Of a stretch of DNA of 64,000 bases, positions 1 to 9,811 are shown piece by piece. The translations under genes were made by a program, and so were the position numbers. The notes under the pieces are model-generated. The model did no database searches. It was not told the origin of the DNA and saw nothing but the letters and a program-made list of their open reading frames with translations. The stretch is taken from the NCBI GenBank assembly GCA_965205015.1, contig OZ242029.1, positions 4,480,001 through 4,544,000 on the forward strand, given 5' to 3'. The stretch is from Candidatus Poribacteria bacterium (GTDB taxonomy: Bacteria > Poribacteria > WGA-4E > WGA-3G). Every line of letters starts with the position of its first letter. Position 1 is the first letter of the stretch.

Positions 1-1484
1 AACGGTGTCCCAGGACTTTCAAAAGAGCGATATCGATAAGTGCGTAGTTCGTTGAGTGGCAACGCGTCTCCGCTCTCTACGTGCGCCAGCAGATCTGCAT
101 CGCCACGCCACCATCCGGTGCTGAAAACCTGTTGACTTCCGGGAGTTTGCCAGTTCCCCCAATGTGAGCCAAATAGTAGGGGCTGTCCTTTCTCATCTGC
201 GTTCTGACTCGGTGGGAAGAACATAACCACGCGCCCTGTGTCAACGAATTGTGCAATCTGTTCTGCTACTGCTCCGCGCGGTAGTGCCGCTTGCCAGATG
301 AATAGTCCTATGTTTTCCCAATCAATTTCTGCGACGCGATCCACGGACATCACATCAACTCGATGCTGGAGCCGAGGGTCTATCGGAATAGCAAGTGCCC
401 GACGGAAGGCTTCACCATTCTTTACATCATCACTAACAACAACAGCTCTTCGCTCCGTCGGTTCTGAGAACACAAAGAAAAACCGATTGTCTAAGGGATT
501 CGCATCACCCGGCAACCCAACCGACCCCCAACCTGAACGTAATTTGGTATCAATCGGAATCCGGTGTCCTTTCAGGGAGGCACCCTGTCTGTCAAGCGCC
601 ACTTCAACGACAGACCGAACGTTGTTGACCTCAAACTCAATCGGAATCTCTTGACGCGTTGTGTGTACGGGCGGAGTTACCTCGCCCCTACCCCCCTTTG
701 ACCGGACTCTCACATCAAGGACGAGCTCCGCATTGTTCCCACGTTCCCACCGTTGGACGTTTTCTACCCTTACCGACAAATTGTTTGAAGGTAAATCTGC
801 GTATGCAAGCAAGAAATGGTGTACACCCTCTAACTGCGTAAACTCCTCGCGTATCGCCTGCCAACGTCCGCTTTCAACATCCCAATCGTTCTCGCTCAGG
901 TCGGAACAGATCCACACGTCAACTCGTCCCGATTTATTCGCTTTGAGATATGCCAAGGCGGACGCAAGCATCCCCGGAATATCCGCACTGGTGGCACTCG
1001 ACTCGGTTATAGGTAGATCCAATAGTGCTTTCGGTGAATCGACCTCCTGTAGTTGACCGCTCGCACTATCAATCAGGACCAAATGTGTCCCGTAATCCCC
1101 CTGTTCCAACAATTCCGCGAGTTTTCGCAGTGCCGCGGATCTTTTCGACTGTCCGGCTTGTAAGTCTTGAATTTCCATGCTCGCAGAGCGGTCGAGAAGT
1201 ATCAAGGTGGCATCCGGTTTACTCATTCCGATACTACCCAACCATCCACCAGATAAGGGACGACTGACGACAAAAACCAGAGCTGCGACTGCAAGCACAC
1301 GCATTAATAGGATAAGGAAATGCCGAAGACGTGCCATGCCCCTGCTCATCCGCTTCGCACGCATGAGAAACATCATCGCTGCCCAAGGGATCGTACGGTG
1401 CCGATGCTGATTGATGAGGTGGATAAGGATCGGTAACGCGATTAAAGGGAGGGCAATTAATGCCAACGGTTGTAGAAAACCCAT
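1..1484 (-). CDS. BatA/VWA domain-containing membrane protein (partial, runs off window start)
   Basis: Not in ORF track. Manual translation from ATG 1484 gives MGFLQPLALIALPLIALPILIHLINQHRHRTIPWAAMMFL (BatA N-terminus), then LILLDRSASM (MIDAS DxSxS). Follows MoxR and DUF58. Confidence 0.85.
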   Translation of the reverse strand, partial: MGFLQPLALIALPLIALPILIHLINQHRHRTIPWAAMMFLMRAKRMSRGMARLRHFLILLMRVLAVAALVFVVSRPLSGGWLGSIGMSKPDATLILLDRSASMEIQDLQAGQSKRSAALRKLAELLEQGDYGTHLVLIDSASGQLQEVDSPKALLDLPITESSATSADIPGMLASALAYLKANKSGRVDVWICSDLSENDWDVESGRWQAIREEFTQLEGVHHFLLAYADLPSNNLSVRVENVQRWERGNNAELVLDVRVRSKGGRGEVTPPVHTTRQEIPIEFEVNNVRSVVEVALDRQGASLKGHRIPIDTKLRSGWGSVGLPGDANPLDNRFFFVFSEPTERRAVVVSDDVKNGEAFRRALAIPIDPRLQHRVDVMSVDRVAEIDWENIGLFIWQAALPRGAVAEQIAQFVDTGRVVMFFPPSQNADEKGQPLLFGSHWGNWQTPGSQQVFSTGWWRGDADLLAHVESGDALPLNELRTYRYRSFESPGTP

Positions 1485-1503
1485 CCATCAAATCCTTTTG
1501 AAT

Positions 1504-1669
1504 AGTTTTCAGTTTTCAGTTTTCAGTAAAGTTAAATCATGAGATTTTTTCCAAACCTGCAATTTCTTGAAATCCTGCATCTATATTCCTGAATAATTTT
1601 CAAATACCAGAGCAGTCGGGGGCGGGTAAAAAAGATTTCTTCTAAACCAAAACTTCTTAACTGACAACT
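1504..1669. repeat. Heptamer-repeat interspersed element
   Basis: (AGTTTTC)x3 at 1504-1524 and inverted-type end CTTAACTGACAACT near 1656-1669. Related units occur at 7944-7975, 8163-8236 and 25666-25828. Confidence 0.55.
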
Positions 1670-1674
1670 AATCC

Positions 1675-2577
1675 TCATTTATGCCGCTTGGGTGTCCGTC
1701 CCAACAGGAATCGCGCCAATACATCGTCGTAGTTTTCATCGATGCAGATACGGTGATAATCAACTTCAGTCTCCTGAATGACTGTATTCATACTTTCAAG
1801 ATACGTTTCAAGGGCACGTTGGTATTGCACGCCGATGACGGTTGGATCCGCCAATATAGGTTCGCCGCCCTCCATGTCAACGAAACGCATTGGACGATCA
1901 AATTCCAACGCCAACTCGCGCTGCTCCAACAGATGAAACACCGCGACATCGTGCTTACGGAATCGCAAATGCTCAAGACAGGTCCGAACGATTTCCGGTT
2001 CGATGAACAGATCGGAAAGAACGACGATGAGTGCTCTTTGGGGGACGCGTTCAGCGGTTTCGTGGAGAATGTTTGCCAATCCCGTCTCGCCAGATGCTTC
2101 CATCGCACCCAATTCATCGAGAACTGCACTCAGATGGGTGGCGCTACGTTTCGGTGGGATCTCTTTGTGGAACCCTGTGCCTGCACAGTAGAGACCGACA
2201 GCATCCCCTTGCTGCGCGGCGATATAGGCTAAAGTTCCAGCGATACGACGGGCATAGTCGAGTTTACTCGTTCCGTTATACGCGAAATTCATGGAGCCGC
2301 TGGTATCAACGACTAAACACATCCGTAAATTGGTATCAGCCTCAAACTCTTTGATGTAGTATCGATCATTCCGTGCGTAAGCCCGCCAGTCAAGTCTCCG
2401 AGGGTCATCGCCCGGCACGTACTTGCGGTACTCCGCAAACTCAAGGCTCGAACCACGAATCGGACTCCGATGTTTGCCTGATACGCTTCCGATCATAGGC
2501 AACCGAGCGTGCAGTTGCAGCGTCGAAAGCCGTTCGAGCACCTTCTGATCCAGGTAATCTCGTTTGAGTTGCAACAT
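1675..2577 (-). CDS. DUF58 domain protein (VWA-like partner of MoxR)
   Basis: GxHRSxxRGSSLEFAEYRKYVPGDDPRRLDW and VVDTSGSM motifs. Confidence 0.92.
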   Translation of the reverse strand: MLQLKRDYLDQKVLERLSTLQLHARLPMIGSVSGKHRSPIRGSSLEFAEYRKYVPGDDPRRLDWRAYARNDRYYIKEFEADTNLRMCLVVDTSGSMNFAYNGTSKLDYARRIAGTLAYIAAQQGDAVGLYCAGTGFHKEIPPKRSATHLSAVLDELGAMEASGETGLANILHETAERVPQRALIVVLSDLFIEPEIVRTCLEHLRFRKHDVAVFHLLEQRELALEFDRPMRFVDMEGGEPILADPTVIGVQYQRALETYLESMNTVIQETEVDYHRICIDENYDDVLARFLLGRTPKRHK

Positions 2578-2580
2578 ACC

Positions 2581-3597
2581 TTAATTCCCTTCAGACAACT
2601 CCTCAACGAGTCGATTGACGATGTCTTTACTGGAGATATTCTCGGACTCGGCAGCGAAGGAGGTGATAACACGGTGCGCCAAGACCGGATTCGCCACCGC
2701 AACGACATCTTCCAGTCTTGCCATGTAGCTGCCACTGAGTGCCGCACGGGCTTTCGCGCCGAGAATTAGGTATTGAACCGCCCGCGGACCAGCCCCCCAA
2801 GCAACCAGAGGCTTCAACCAGTCAGGTGCTGCATCGCCGCTTGGACGCGTGCTTCGGGCGAGATCTACGGCGAATTCGTAGATGTGTTCAGCGACTGGAA
2901 CGCGACGCACGAGGTCTTGAAACGCTCGCACCCGCTCACCCGTCAGCACATGCTCCAGCGTTGGGAGAGATGCACCCGTCGTCGTGCGGGCAATCTCAAT
3001 CTCCTCAAGCCGTGCCGGATAGTCCACCTCGATTCTGAACATGAATCGGTCTAATTGCGCTTCCGGTAACGGGTAGGTGCCTTCTTGTTCAATTGGGTTT
3101 TGCGTCGCTAAGACAAAGAAAGGGAGATCCAGAGTGTATGTTCTGCCGATGACAGTGATTTTGTATTCCTGCATCGCCTCAAGCATAGCCGCTTGGGTCT
3201 TTGAAGGTGCACGATTAATCTCATCCGCCAAAATAAGGTTCGCAAAGAGGGGACCCTTTACGAACTCGAACTCCCGTCTACCGCCTGGGATTTCCTGAAG
3301 GATGTCGGTCCCAGTGATATCCATCGGCATGAGATCAGGCGTAAACTGGATTCGACTGAATCCCAACGCCATCGTCTCAGCAAATCGACTGACCAACAAC
3401 GTTTTCGCCAAACCGGGAACCCCCATCAACAGCGCGTGCCCTTGCGAAAATAGACATATCGCCAAGTGTTCGATGACCTGCTCCTGACCGATGATGATCC
3501 TCGCCAGCGAGGTCTTTAATTGCTCGTAAACGTTTCGGAGTTCGTCAATTGCGGCAACGTCGTCGGCGTGCATTCCGTCGTTATTTGCGGTCGTCAT
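2581..3597 (-). CDS. moxR: MoxR family AAA+ ATPase
   Basis: GVPGLAKT Walker A, RIQFTPDLMPMDITG, LADEINRA Walker B, ATQNPIEQEGTYPLPEAQLDRF. Confidence 0.95.
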   Translation of the reverse strand: MTTANNDGMHADDVAAIDELRNVYEQLKTSLARIIIGQEQVIEHLAICLFSQGHALLMGVPGLAKTLLVSRFAETMALGFSRIQFTPDLMPMDITGTDILQEIPGGRREFEFVKGPLFANLILADEINRAPSKTQAAMLEAMQEYKITVIGRTYTLDLPFFVLATQNPIEQEGTYPLPEAQLDRFMFRIEVDYPARLEEIEIARTTTGASLPTLEHVLTGERVRAFQDLVRRVPVAEHIYEFAVDLARSTRPSGDAAPDWLKPLVAWGAGPRAVQYLILGAKARAALSGSYMARLEDVVAVANPVLAHRVITSFAAESENISSKDIVNRLVEELSEGN

Positions 3598-3984
3598 AAT
3601 ATTCCTTTTTTATTCGTTAACTGATAACTTCGATTTAAACGTGATATGTGATCCCATTCAATTGTTAGTGACGCATCTTTGCAGCGGAAATGGTGCATAA
3701 TTTTAGAAAGAATCAAAAAACTGCCTATATACAAACGCAAAGATACAAGGAATTTTCTATTTATTGCAATTTGCATCTGTTTAATCCGAAGTCCCGTTAA
3801 TTATTAGTGACACACTTTTAGGGTGGAAAGGTTGCAGAATCTCAGAAAAATCACCACAGCCTCCTGAGATTTAACCTAAAAAACCGAATATCAATACCCT
3901 ACCCGAAGCTTTCTTTAGGCAATCAGTAGTTCTGGCGGTAATTTTTAACCGAGTCCTATTCTTCCCCACCCTACCGCAACAAGG

Positions 3985-4000
3985 AGCAAATTCTGTGCCA
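3985..4000 (-). promoter_or_regulatory. Putative sigma54 (-24/-12) promoter facing the moxR operon
   Basis: Minus strand TGGCAC-AGAAT-TTGCT matches the TGGCAC-N5-TTGC consensus. Confidence 0.5.
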
Positions 4001-4208
4001 ATCTGAGTACCACCATATTGGCGGTACTCTTTGCGAAATGCTGGTAAGAACTGCCCAAAATAGAACATACGCTACATCCAGTTGCACAAAACAGGGCAGA
4101 TTTAACCCGTCAGATTCCTTTGGGCAGTTCCCCTGAATCCTTAAAACGAATCCACGTCAATCGCGTTTACAAAGTACATCTATCTTGTAAATCACCGTAG
4201 CGGTTGTG

Positions 4209-5669
4209 CTAATGCGAAGCGACACGCGGTATCATCTGAGGGTGCGCATAAACGGCTGCGTCAAAACTTTTCTGCATCAGTTCCCATTTGATAGCCTGAT
4301 AATCGGTGTGATCTGAAAGATCGTTGTGTTCCCAAGGGTCATTGTCGAGGTCATAAAGTTCGCAAAGCCCCTTCTTATGATAGGTTACGAGTTTCCAGCG
4401 TCGGTCCCGATACATCGTGGCGTGGGTCCGGTCGGGCATTGAGATAGCATCGAAAAATTCACAACGAACCGCCTCTCGATGCTCGTTGGCGGGAACATCA
4501 CCGCGCAACAGCGGGGCAAGGGATTTACCTTGGACGTAGTAGGGAATGTCCACACCCAACGCATCATATAACATAGGAACGATATCGGTCAGTTCAACGA
4601 GGGCATCACTCTGAACGTCTTGCAAGAACTGCGATGGCCACGAAATCATGAGCGGCACTCGCACCGATCCCTCGTAAAAACGACACCCTTTGAATGCCAG
4701 CCCGTGGTCGCCGAGTGCCTCTCCGTGGTCGGAAGTAAAGATAACAATTGTATCTTCACGAAGTCCCTCAGCCTCAAGATGGTCGAGGATACGTCCGAAC
4801 TCATGGTCGAGTTGTTCAACCATGGCGTAATAAGATGCCTGCATCCGCTTGTCGTCCCATTCCGAAGGCGGTTTCGCCTGAGATTGAAAGTCGATACCGG
4901 CATCTGTCAATTTTGACTGAAAGGCAATATCGCTCTCCTGAAAGTGTGGACCGGGGAGTGTTTCCGGATCGTACCGTCGATAGTATTCCCAAGGCGCATC
5001 AAACGGCGGATGTGGGTCAAACGGATTGATACTCAGCATCCACGGCTGATTCTCTCGACGATTTTTCCCGATAAATTCGATTGTTTTTTCGGTGCACCAA
5101 TAGGTCTGATGCAGGTGTGGCGGGACATTGTCGAGATCGGGCGTCGGTTCTGGCACGCGTCCCCGCCTGTTCGGATACTTTTGGGAGAGTGCCTTTCCCG
5201 CTATCAACGCCTCCGGATCAACCCCTTGCGCGCGTTGCCAATCCGCGTATTCATGTCCGAGGGCGTTCGGCTTGCCGTGGTCGTGGCTATATTGGAAGTA
5301 GCGATAGCCGTCATCCACGCGATGTTCTTGGGCCTCAAAAGCACTCGCGAGATGGAGTTTACCGATTAATCCACAGTCGTAGCCATCTTGTGCCAACGCA
5401 TGGGTAATCAATCTATCTTCATAATATTCGGGGAAAACCGGGTTGCCGTTGCCAGTGACGCTCACGGCTGAAGGATACATACCCGTCATAAAACTCGCAC
5501 GAGACGGTGTGCAGATCGGAGATTGGCAATAGGCGTGGGTGAATGTGACTGACTGACGCATAAATTCGTCGAGTCTCGGTGTGTTGATGTGCGAATTTCC
5601 CAACGCTCCGATGGTATCAAAACGTTGTTGGTCTGTGCAGTACCATAAAATATTTGGACGTTTTTCCAT
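4209..5669 (-). CDS. Cys-type sulfatase (arylsulfatase/choline-sulfatase-like), cytoplasmic
   Basis: RPNILWYCTDQQR, formylglycine motif CTPSRASFMTG, GKLH, PHPPF, FTSDHGE; no signal peptide. Confidence 0.93.
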   Translation of the reverse strand: MEKRPNILWYCTDQQRFDTIGALGNSHINTPRLDEFMRQSVTFTHAYCQSPICTPSRASFMTGMYPSAVSVTGNGNPVFPEYYEDRLITHALAQDGYDCGLIGKLHLASAFEAQEHRVDDGYRYFQYSHDHGKPNALGHEYADWQRAQGVDPEALIAGKALSQKYPNRRGRVPEPTPDLDNVPPHLHQTYWCTEKTIEFIGKNRRENQPWMLSINPFDPHPPFDAPWEYYRRYDPETLPGPHFQESDIAFQSKLTDAGIDFQSQAKPPSEWDDKRMQASYYAMVEQLDHEFGRILDHLEAEGLREDTIVIFTSDHGEALGDHGLAFKGCRFYEGSVRVPLMISWPSQFLQDVQSDALVELTDIVPMLYDALGVDIPYYVQGKSLAPLLRGDVPANEHREAVRCEFFDAISMPDRTHATMYRDRRWKLVTYHKKGLCELYDLDNDPWEHNDLSDHTDYQAIKWELMQKSFDAAVYAHPQMIPRVASH

Positions 5670-5682
5670 TTTTGCTCCTTTT

Positions 5683-6894
5683 TTAGTATTCTACTATTTC
5701 GCTCAGTGCTGCGTCAGTCGTGACGACATGTTTTCCGCCTGAACCCTCTATTCTGGTTATCATCAAGGCTTTAAGTTCTTTCAACTCCAACGGTGTCAGT
5801 TCTTCAACGAGAGGGCTCTCAATGAAGTTCCGATAGGCACGACTGGTGTCCGTTTTCGGCATGATGTACATCGGAATGATGGCTTGTAACATTGCGGCGC
5901 GTTTACGCGCTGTCCGATTGACGCCGGCGCGATGCCAGACCCTCGAATCGTAGAGGATATAACTCCCGCCCGGTGCCTCGACAACATCTGCATCCGGACC
6001 ATTGTAGGGCAACCCATGGGCTGCGCGATAACCCGGCTGTCTATAGATGTGGCCAGGTCCCCATTCGTCCGGTGGACCTTCACCGAGTGTGTGCGATCCG
6101 AGTTTGAAACAGGTTGCCCCATTCTCTTTGCGGAATTCGGAGACACAGAGGTTGCGCTGAACCCCCATAACCAATTCAGGGAAATTGTGGGGCGGTATCT
6201 CTGGACCCGTGCCTCTTGTAGCGAAAATTCCCCAATGGTAAGGGAAATCGGAATGCCACCCTTGCACATCACGTTCGCCATCGTCTGGCGTAAGTATCGC
6301 GAGACCCGGCGGGTGGCCCAACCGAATTTCACTCGTTCGCATATATTGACGCATCACCCACAAGGACACCGGCTCTGTCGCAGCTTGTGCTACGGCAATC
6401 CCCTTAACTAACGCGCCTGTGCTTCGGTCATAGGTTTCGTGGTCCCACCGTCCCGTACAACTAATCCGCTCTAACGCTTCAACGGCATCAGGTGCTATGA
6501 TGGACGGGAGACATACCCAACCGTTTTCCTTGAGCGTTTTTAGATACTCCGATGGAAGATGGGCAGGTCCATGCCCAACGGAAAAGATCGCCCCGTCATC
6601 GCCTGCTATAGTGCCGTCACTGGCAAGCCGATTTCCCTTATGTTGAAGATAACACCCCTTCCCTGCATCCGCAGCCTCCACTTCAAGGACAAGATTGGTG
6701 ACCACATGGCGGTACGCAGTCCCATCATCAATTGATTCCCATATCGCCTTATCATCTACATACGCAAAAACGGCGCATCCATCGTCAGACGCGCCAAGAA
6801 ACTCACCGTTTGGGGCGCGTAACAATGTGAAATGCGCTGACGGACGTGCCACACGAACGACGCGTTCCTGAAAAAGTTCATTCTCGTATGCCAT
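5683..6894 (-). CDS. Phytanoyl-CoA dioxygenase (PhyH) family Fe(II)/2-oxoglutarate dioxygenase with extra N-terminal domain
   Basis: GWHSD (HxD), ENGAT, YDSRVWHRAGVN and terminal R typical of PhyH. Confidence 0.82.
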   Translation of the reverse strand: MAYENELFQERVVRVARPSAHFTLLRAPNGEFLGASDDGCAVFAYVDDKAIWESIDDGTAYRHVVTNLVLEVEAADAGKGCYLQHKGNRLASDGTIAGDDGAIFSVGHGPAHLPSEYLKTLKENGWVCLPSIIAPDAVEALERISCTGRWDHETYDRSTGALVKGIAVAQAATEPVSLWVMRQYMRTSEIRLGHPPGLAILTPDDGERDVQGWHSDFPYHWGIFATRGTGPEIPPHNFPELVMGVQRNLCVSEFRKENGATCFKLGSHTLGEGPPDEWGPGHIYRQPGYRAAHGLPYNGPDADVVEAPGGSYILYDSRVWHRAGVNRTARKRAAMLQAIIPMYIMPKTDTSRAYRNFIESPLVEELTPLELKELKALMITRIEGSGGKHVVTTDAALSEIVEY

Positions 6895-6944
6895 AAATCT
6901 TCACTCCTTATCTGTTTCCGTATCGGACAGATGCCCCCAACGCG

Positions 6945-7904
6945 CTACCACGCATACGCCTCTGGTGCCTCGCCACCGGGACCCGCCCAAATCTCATCGA
7001 GTTTCGCGAGGACTTCATCGTCGAGTTTCAGTTCCAAGACTGATAAGTTCTCCTCAAGTTGTTCGATCGTCCGCGGTCCGATAATCGGTGCTGTAACGTC
7101 TGGATTGCTGAGTACCCATGCCAGGGCGACGTTCGCGGGAGGTTCTCCTATCGAGGCACAAAGTGCTTCATACGCTTCAAACTGTGCTCGATGCGTCGCA
7201 ATCGTTTCTCTGTGTGACTCCCTGCCCCGTCGACCCGTGGTCGGGTTATCCAGCACACCGCAGAGCAGGCCACCCCCCATCGGACTATACGGAATCATTG
7301 CCAAGCCGAGTTCGCGGCAACACGGTAATACTTCAAGTTCGATTTTCCGGCTGCGGAGGTTATACACACTCTGTTCTGAGACGAGTCCGAGGAAATTGCG
7401 TTGCTTCGCAATACCCTGTGCATGGGCAATGTGCCACGCCGCGAAATTGCTACTGCCGACGTAGGAAATTTTACCTTCACGCACCAATTGCTCCATCCCT
7501 TGCCAAATTTCATCCCACGGTGTCCGGCGATCAATATGGTGCATCTGGTACAGGTCTATGTGATCGGTTTGCAGACGCCGGAGGCTGTCTTCGCATGCCC
7601 GACGGATATGGTACGCCGATAGACGCCCATCATTAGGTCCTTCACCCGTCGAACCGTACAATTTGGTCGCCAGAACAATCTGATCGCGCCGGCTTTTATC
7701 GGCTGCCAACCAGTTTCCAACAATCGTCTCCGTTACTCCCTCGTTATAGATGTTAGCGGTATCGAAAAAGTTAATTCCGGCTTGCAGTGCCCGACTTAAT
7801 GCCGGAAGCGCGTCTTCTTCGGAGGTATGTCTCCCAAAATTGACGGTGCCGAGACAAAGACGACTCACCCGTAGTCCAGTCCGACCGAGATAGGTATATT
7901 CCAT
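6945..7904 (-). CDS. Aldo/keto reductase
   Basis: LGRTGLRVSRLCLGT, FFDTANIY, SLRRLQTDHIDLYQMH, PIIGPRTIEQLEEN. Confidence 0.95.
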   Translation of the reverse strand: MEYTYLGRTGLRVSRLCLGTVNFGRHTSEEDALPALSRALQAGINFFDTANIYNEGVTETIVGNWLAADKSRRDQIVLATKLYGSTGEGPNDGRLSAYHIRRACEDSLRRLQTDHIDLYQMHHIDRRTPWDEIWQGMEQLVREGKISYVGSSNFAAWHIAHAQGIAKQRNFLGLVSEQSVYNLRSRKIELEVLPCCRELGLAMIPYSPMGGGLLCGVLDNPTTGRRGRESHRETIATHRAQFEAYEALCASIGEPPANVALAWVLSNPDVTAPIIGPRTIEQLEENLSVLELKLDDEVLAKLDEIWAGPGGEAPEAYAW

Positions 7905-8009
7905 AGCGATTGCTCCTGTCTGAATGTTGGTAACTCTTAAAGTGGTTACCGGTTTTCGGTAATCGGTTAAAGAGGTACTTTTTTACAATACACCGACACC
8001 GTTTGAAAT

Positions 8010-8113
8010 GTTGGGTTTCGCTATGCCCCCGACACGGCTGGCGTCTTGAAATCAGATGATACCGTATAAACGAGATGGAAACTTGTTGTCTTTTACCGCT
8101 CAACCCAACCTAC
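8010..8113 (-). repeat. GTAG-type REP-like element
   Basis: Minus strand GTAGGTTGGGTTGAGCG ... GCGAAACCCAAC, nested among heptamer repeats. Confidence 0.5.
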
Positions 8114-8320
8114 ATCTATTTCTATTCTATCAAATCTCGGCTTTTTGATTAACAAAAATCTGGCAATTAGCGGTCAGCGATCAACAGTCAGCAGTCAGTC
8201 GGAAATCGTATTTCTTACTGACAACTCATAACTAACACAACTTTTGCTTGTCACGCCGGCAAAGGTATGATATATTTGTCTCAGAATTGACGGAGCATTG
8301 AGAAGAAAAGGGAGTAAACC

Positions 8321-9811
8321 ATGCGAATCGCAATCGGTTGCATCGGACACGAAACGAATACATTTTCACCCGTCCTAACAACCCTTGATAACTTCAACAA
8401 GGGGAGTTACCACCGGGGGGACGAAATTATCGCGGCGTTCCAAGGCACCCGGACCATTACCGGGGGTTTCCTTGATGTCGCTGAACAGCTCAATTTACAA
8501 CCCATTCCGCTCCTATGGGCGTTTGCGACACCGTCGGGTATGGTAGAACACGCCGCGTATCAGACGCTTAAAGCAGAGTTCCTAACGCTTTTACGGAACG
8601 CAGGAAAACTTGATGGCGTGCTCCTTGATCTACACGGCGCGATGGTAACAGAGGAACTCGAAGATGCCGAAGGCGACCTGATTCAGGCAGTCCGTGAGAT
8701 CGTCGGTGAAACGTGGATCGCCACCACGCTCGACTTACACGCCAATATCACCGCCAAAATGGCGCATTACTCCGACGTTATCATCGGGTTCGATACCTAT
8801 CCGCACGTAGACTGCTACGAACGCGGGTTCGAAGCCGGGCAACTGCTCTTTAGTATGAACCAAGGGAAGATTCAGCCGACGATGGCATACCGTCAACTCC
8901 CTTTATTGACCGCTCCCCCTGCGCAATGCACAATGAAACCCCCGATGACGGATGTGATCAATGCCCTGCATGATCTTGAGACCGAGCGCGGCATTGTAAC
9001 GGCAACACTCTCTATGGGTTTCCCATTTGCGGATATAACGGACGCAGGCGTTTCAGTCCTCGTTACCACCAATGGGGATATGGCACTTGCAGAGGCGCAC
9101 GCCGACCAGTTCGCATCCAATATCTGGGAGATGCATGAGGCGTTCACTTTTAACCTACACACCGTTGAAGCCGCGATCGAAATCGCCAACCAGACAGATG
9201 GTAATCCCATCGTACTCGCTGACGGCGCGGATAACCCTGGGGGTGGCGGTCCCTGTGACGGCACAACGATCTTACAGAAATTCATAGAAGCAGACGTTCA
9301 AGATGCCGTCATCGCGGTGATTGCAGATCCCGAATCGGTTGCCCAAGCGGTTGAGGTGGGTGTCGGCAACCGCGTTCAGTTGAACGTCGGTGGCAAAACA
9401 GACACGCAACACGGCGCACCCGTCGCATTGACAGGGTCCATCAAATCGCTCTCTGACGGCAGATTCATCCACAAAGGTCCTATGGGACGCGGTACCGCTG
9501 GAAACATGGGCAGAACAGCTGTCGTCCAAGTCGGTGGAATTGAGATTATCCTGACGGAGAGACGGATCCAACCTTACGATGCACAGGTTCTTCGAAGCGT
9601 TGGAATTGAGCCGAAGGCGCGTAAACTCATCGCTCTCAAATCTGCTGTCCATTTCCGGGCAGACTACACACCCATTGCGCACCAGATTTTAGACGTGGAT
9701 ACCCCTGGCGTTCACAGTCCGAACCTGTTCAATTATGACTATCAGAAGTTAAGGCGACCCATTTACCCCCTCGATCCAACTGTTCCCTATCAAAGGATAA
9801 AAAACAAGTGA
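8321..9811 (+). CDS. M81 family (MlrC-like) metallopeptidase
   Basis: HETNTFSP, LDLHGAM, TLDLHAN, TYPHVD, DGADNPGGG, LKSAVHFRADY; RBS GGGAG. Confidence 0.93.
   Translation: MRIAIGCIGHETNTFSPVLTTLDNFNKGSYHRGDEIIAAFQGTRTITGGFLDVAEQLNLQPIPLLWAFATPSGMVEHAAYQTLKAEFLTLLRNAGKLDGVLLDLHGAMVTEELEDAEGDLIQAVREIVGETWIATTLDLHANITAKMAHYSDVIIGFDTYPHVDCYERGFEAGQLLFSMNQGKIQPTMAYRQLPLLTAPPAQCTMKPPMTDVINALHDLETERGIVTATLSMGFPFADITDAGVSVLVTTNGDMALAEAHADQFASNIWEMHEAFTFNLHTVEAAIEIANQTDGNPIVLADGADNPGGGGPCDGTTILQKFIEADVQDAVIAVIADPESVAQAVEVGVGNRVQLNVGGKTDTQHGAPVALTGSIKSLSDGRFIHKGPMGRGTAGNMGRTAVVQVGGIEIILTERRIQPYDAQVLRSVGIEPKARKLIALKSAVHFRADYTPIAHQILDVDTPGVHSPNLFNYDYQKLRRPIYPLDPTVPYQRIKNK

Noticed and set aside
238-1491. 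Several short ORFs listed in the track
   Set aside because: They are shadow frames of the minus-strand BatA gene that runs off the window.
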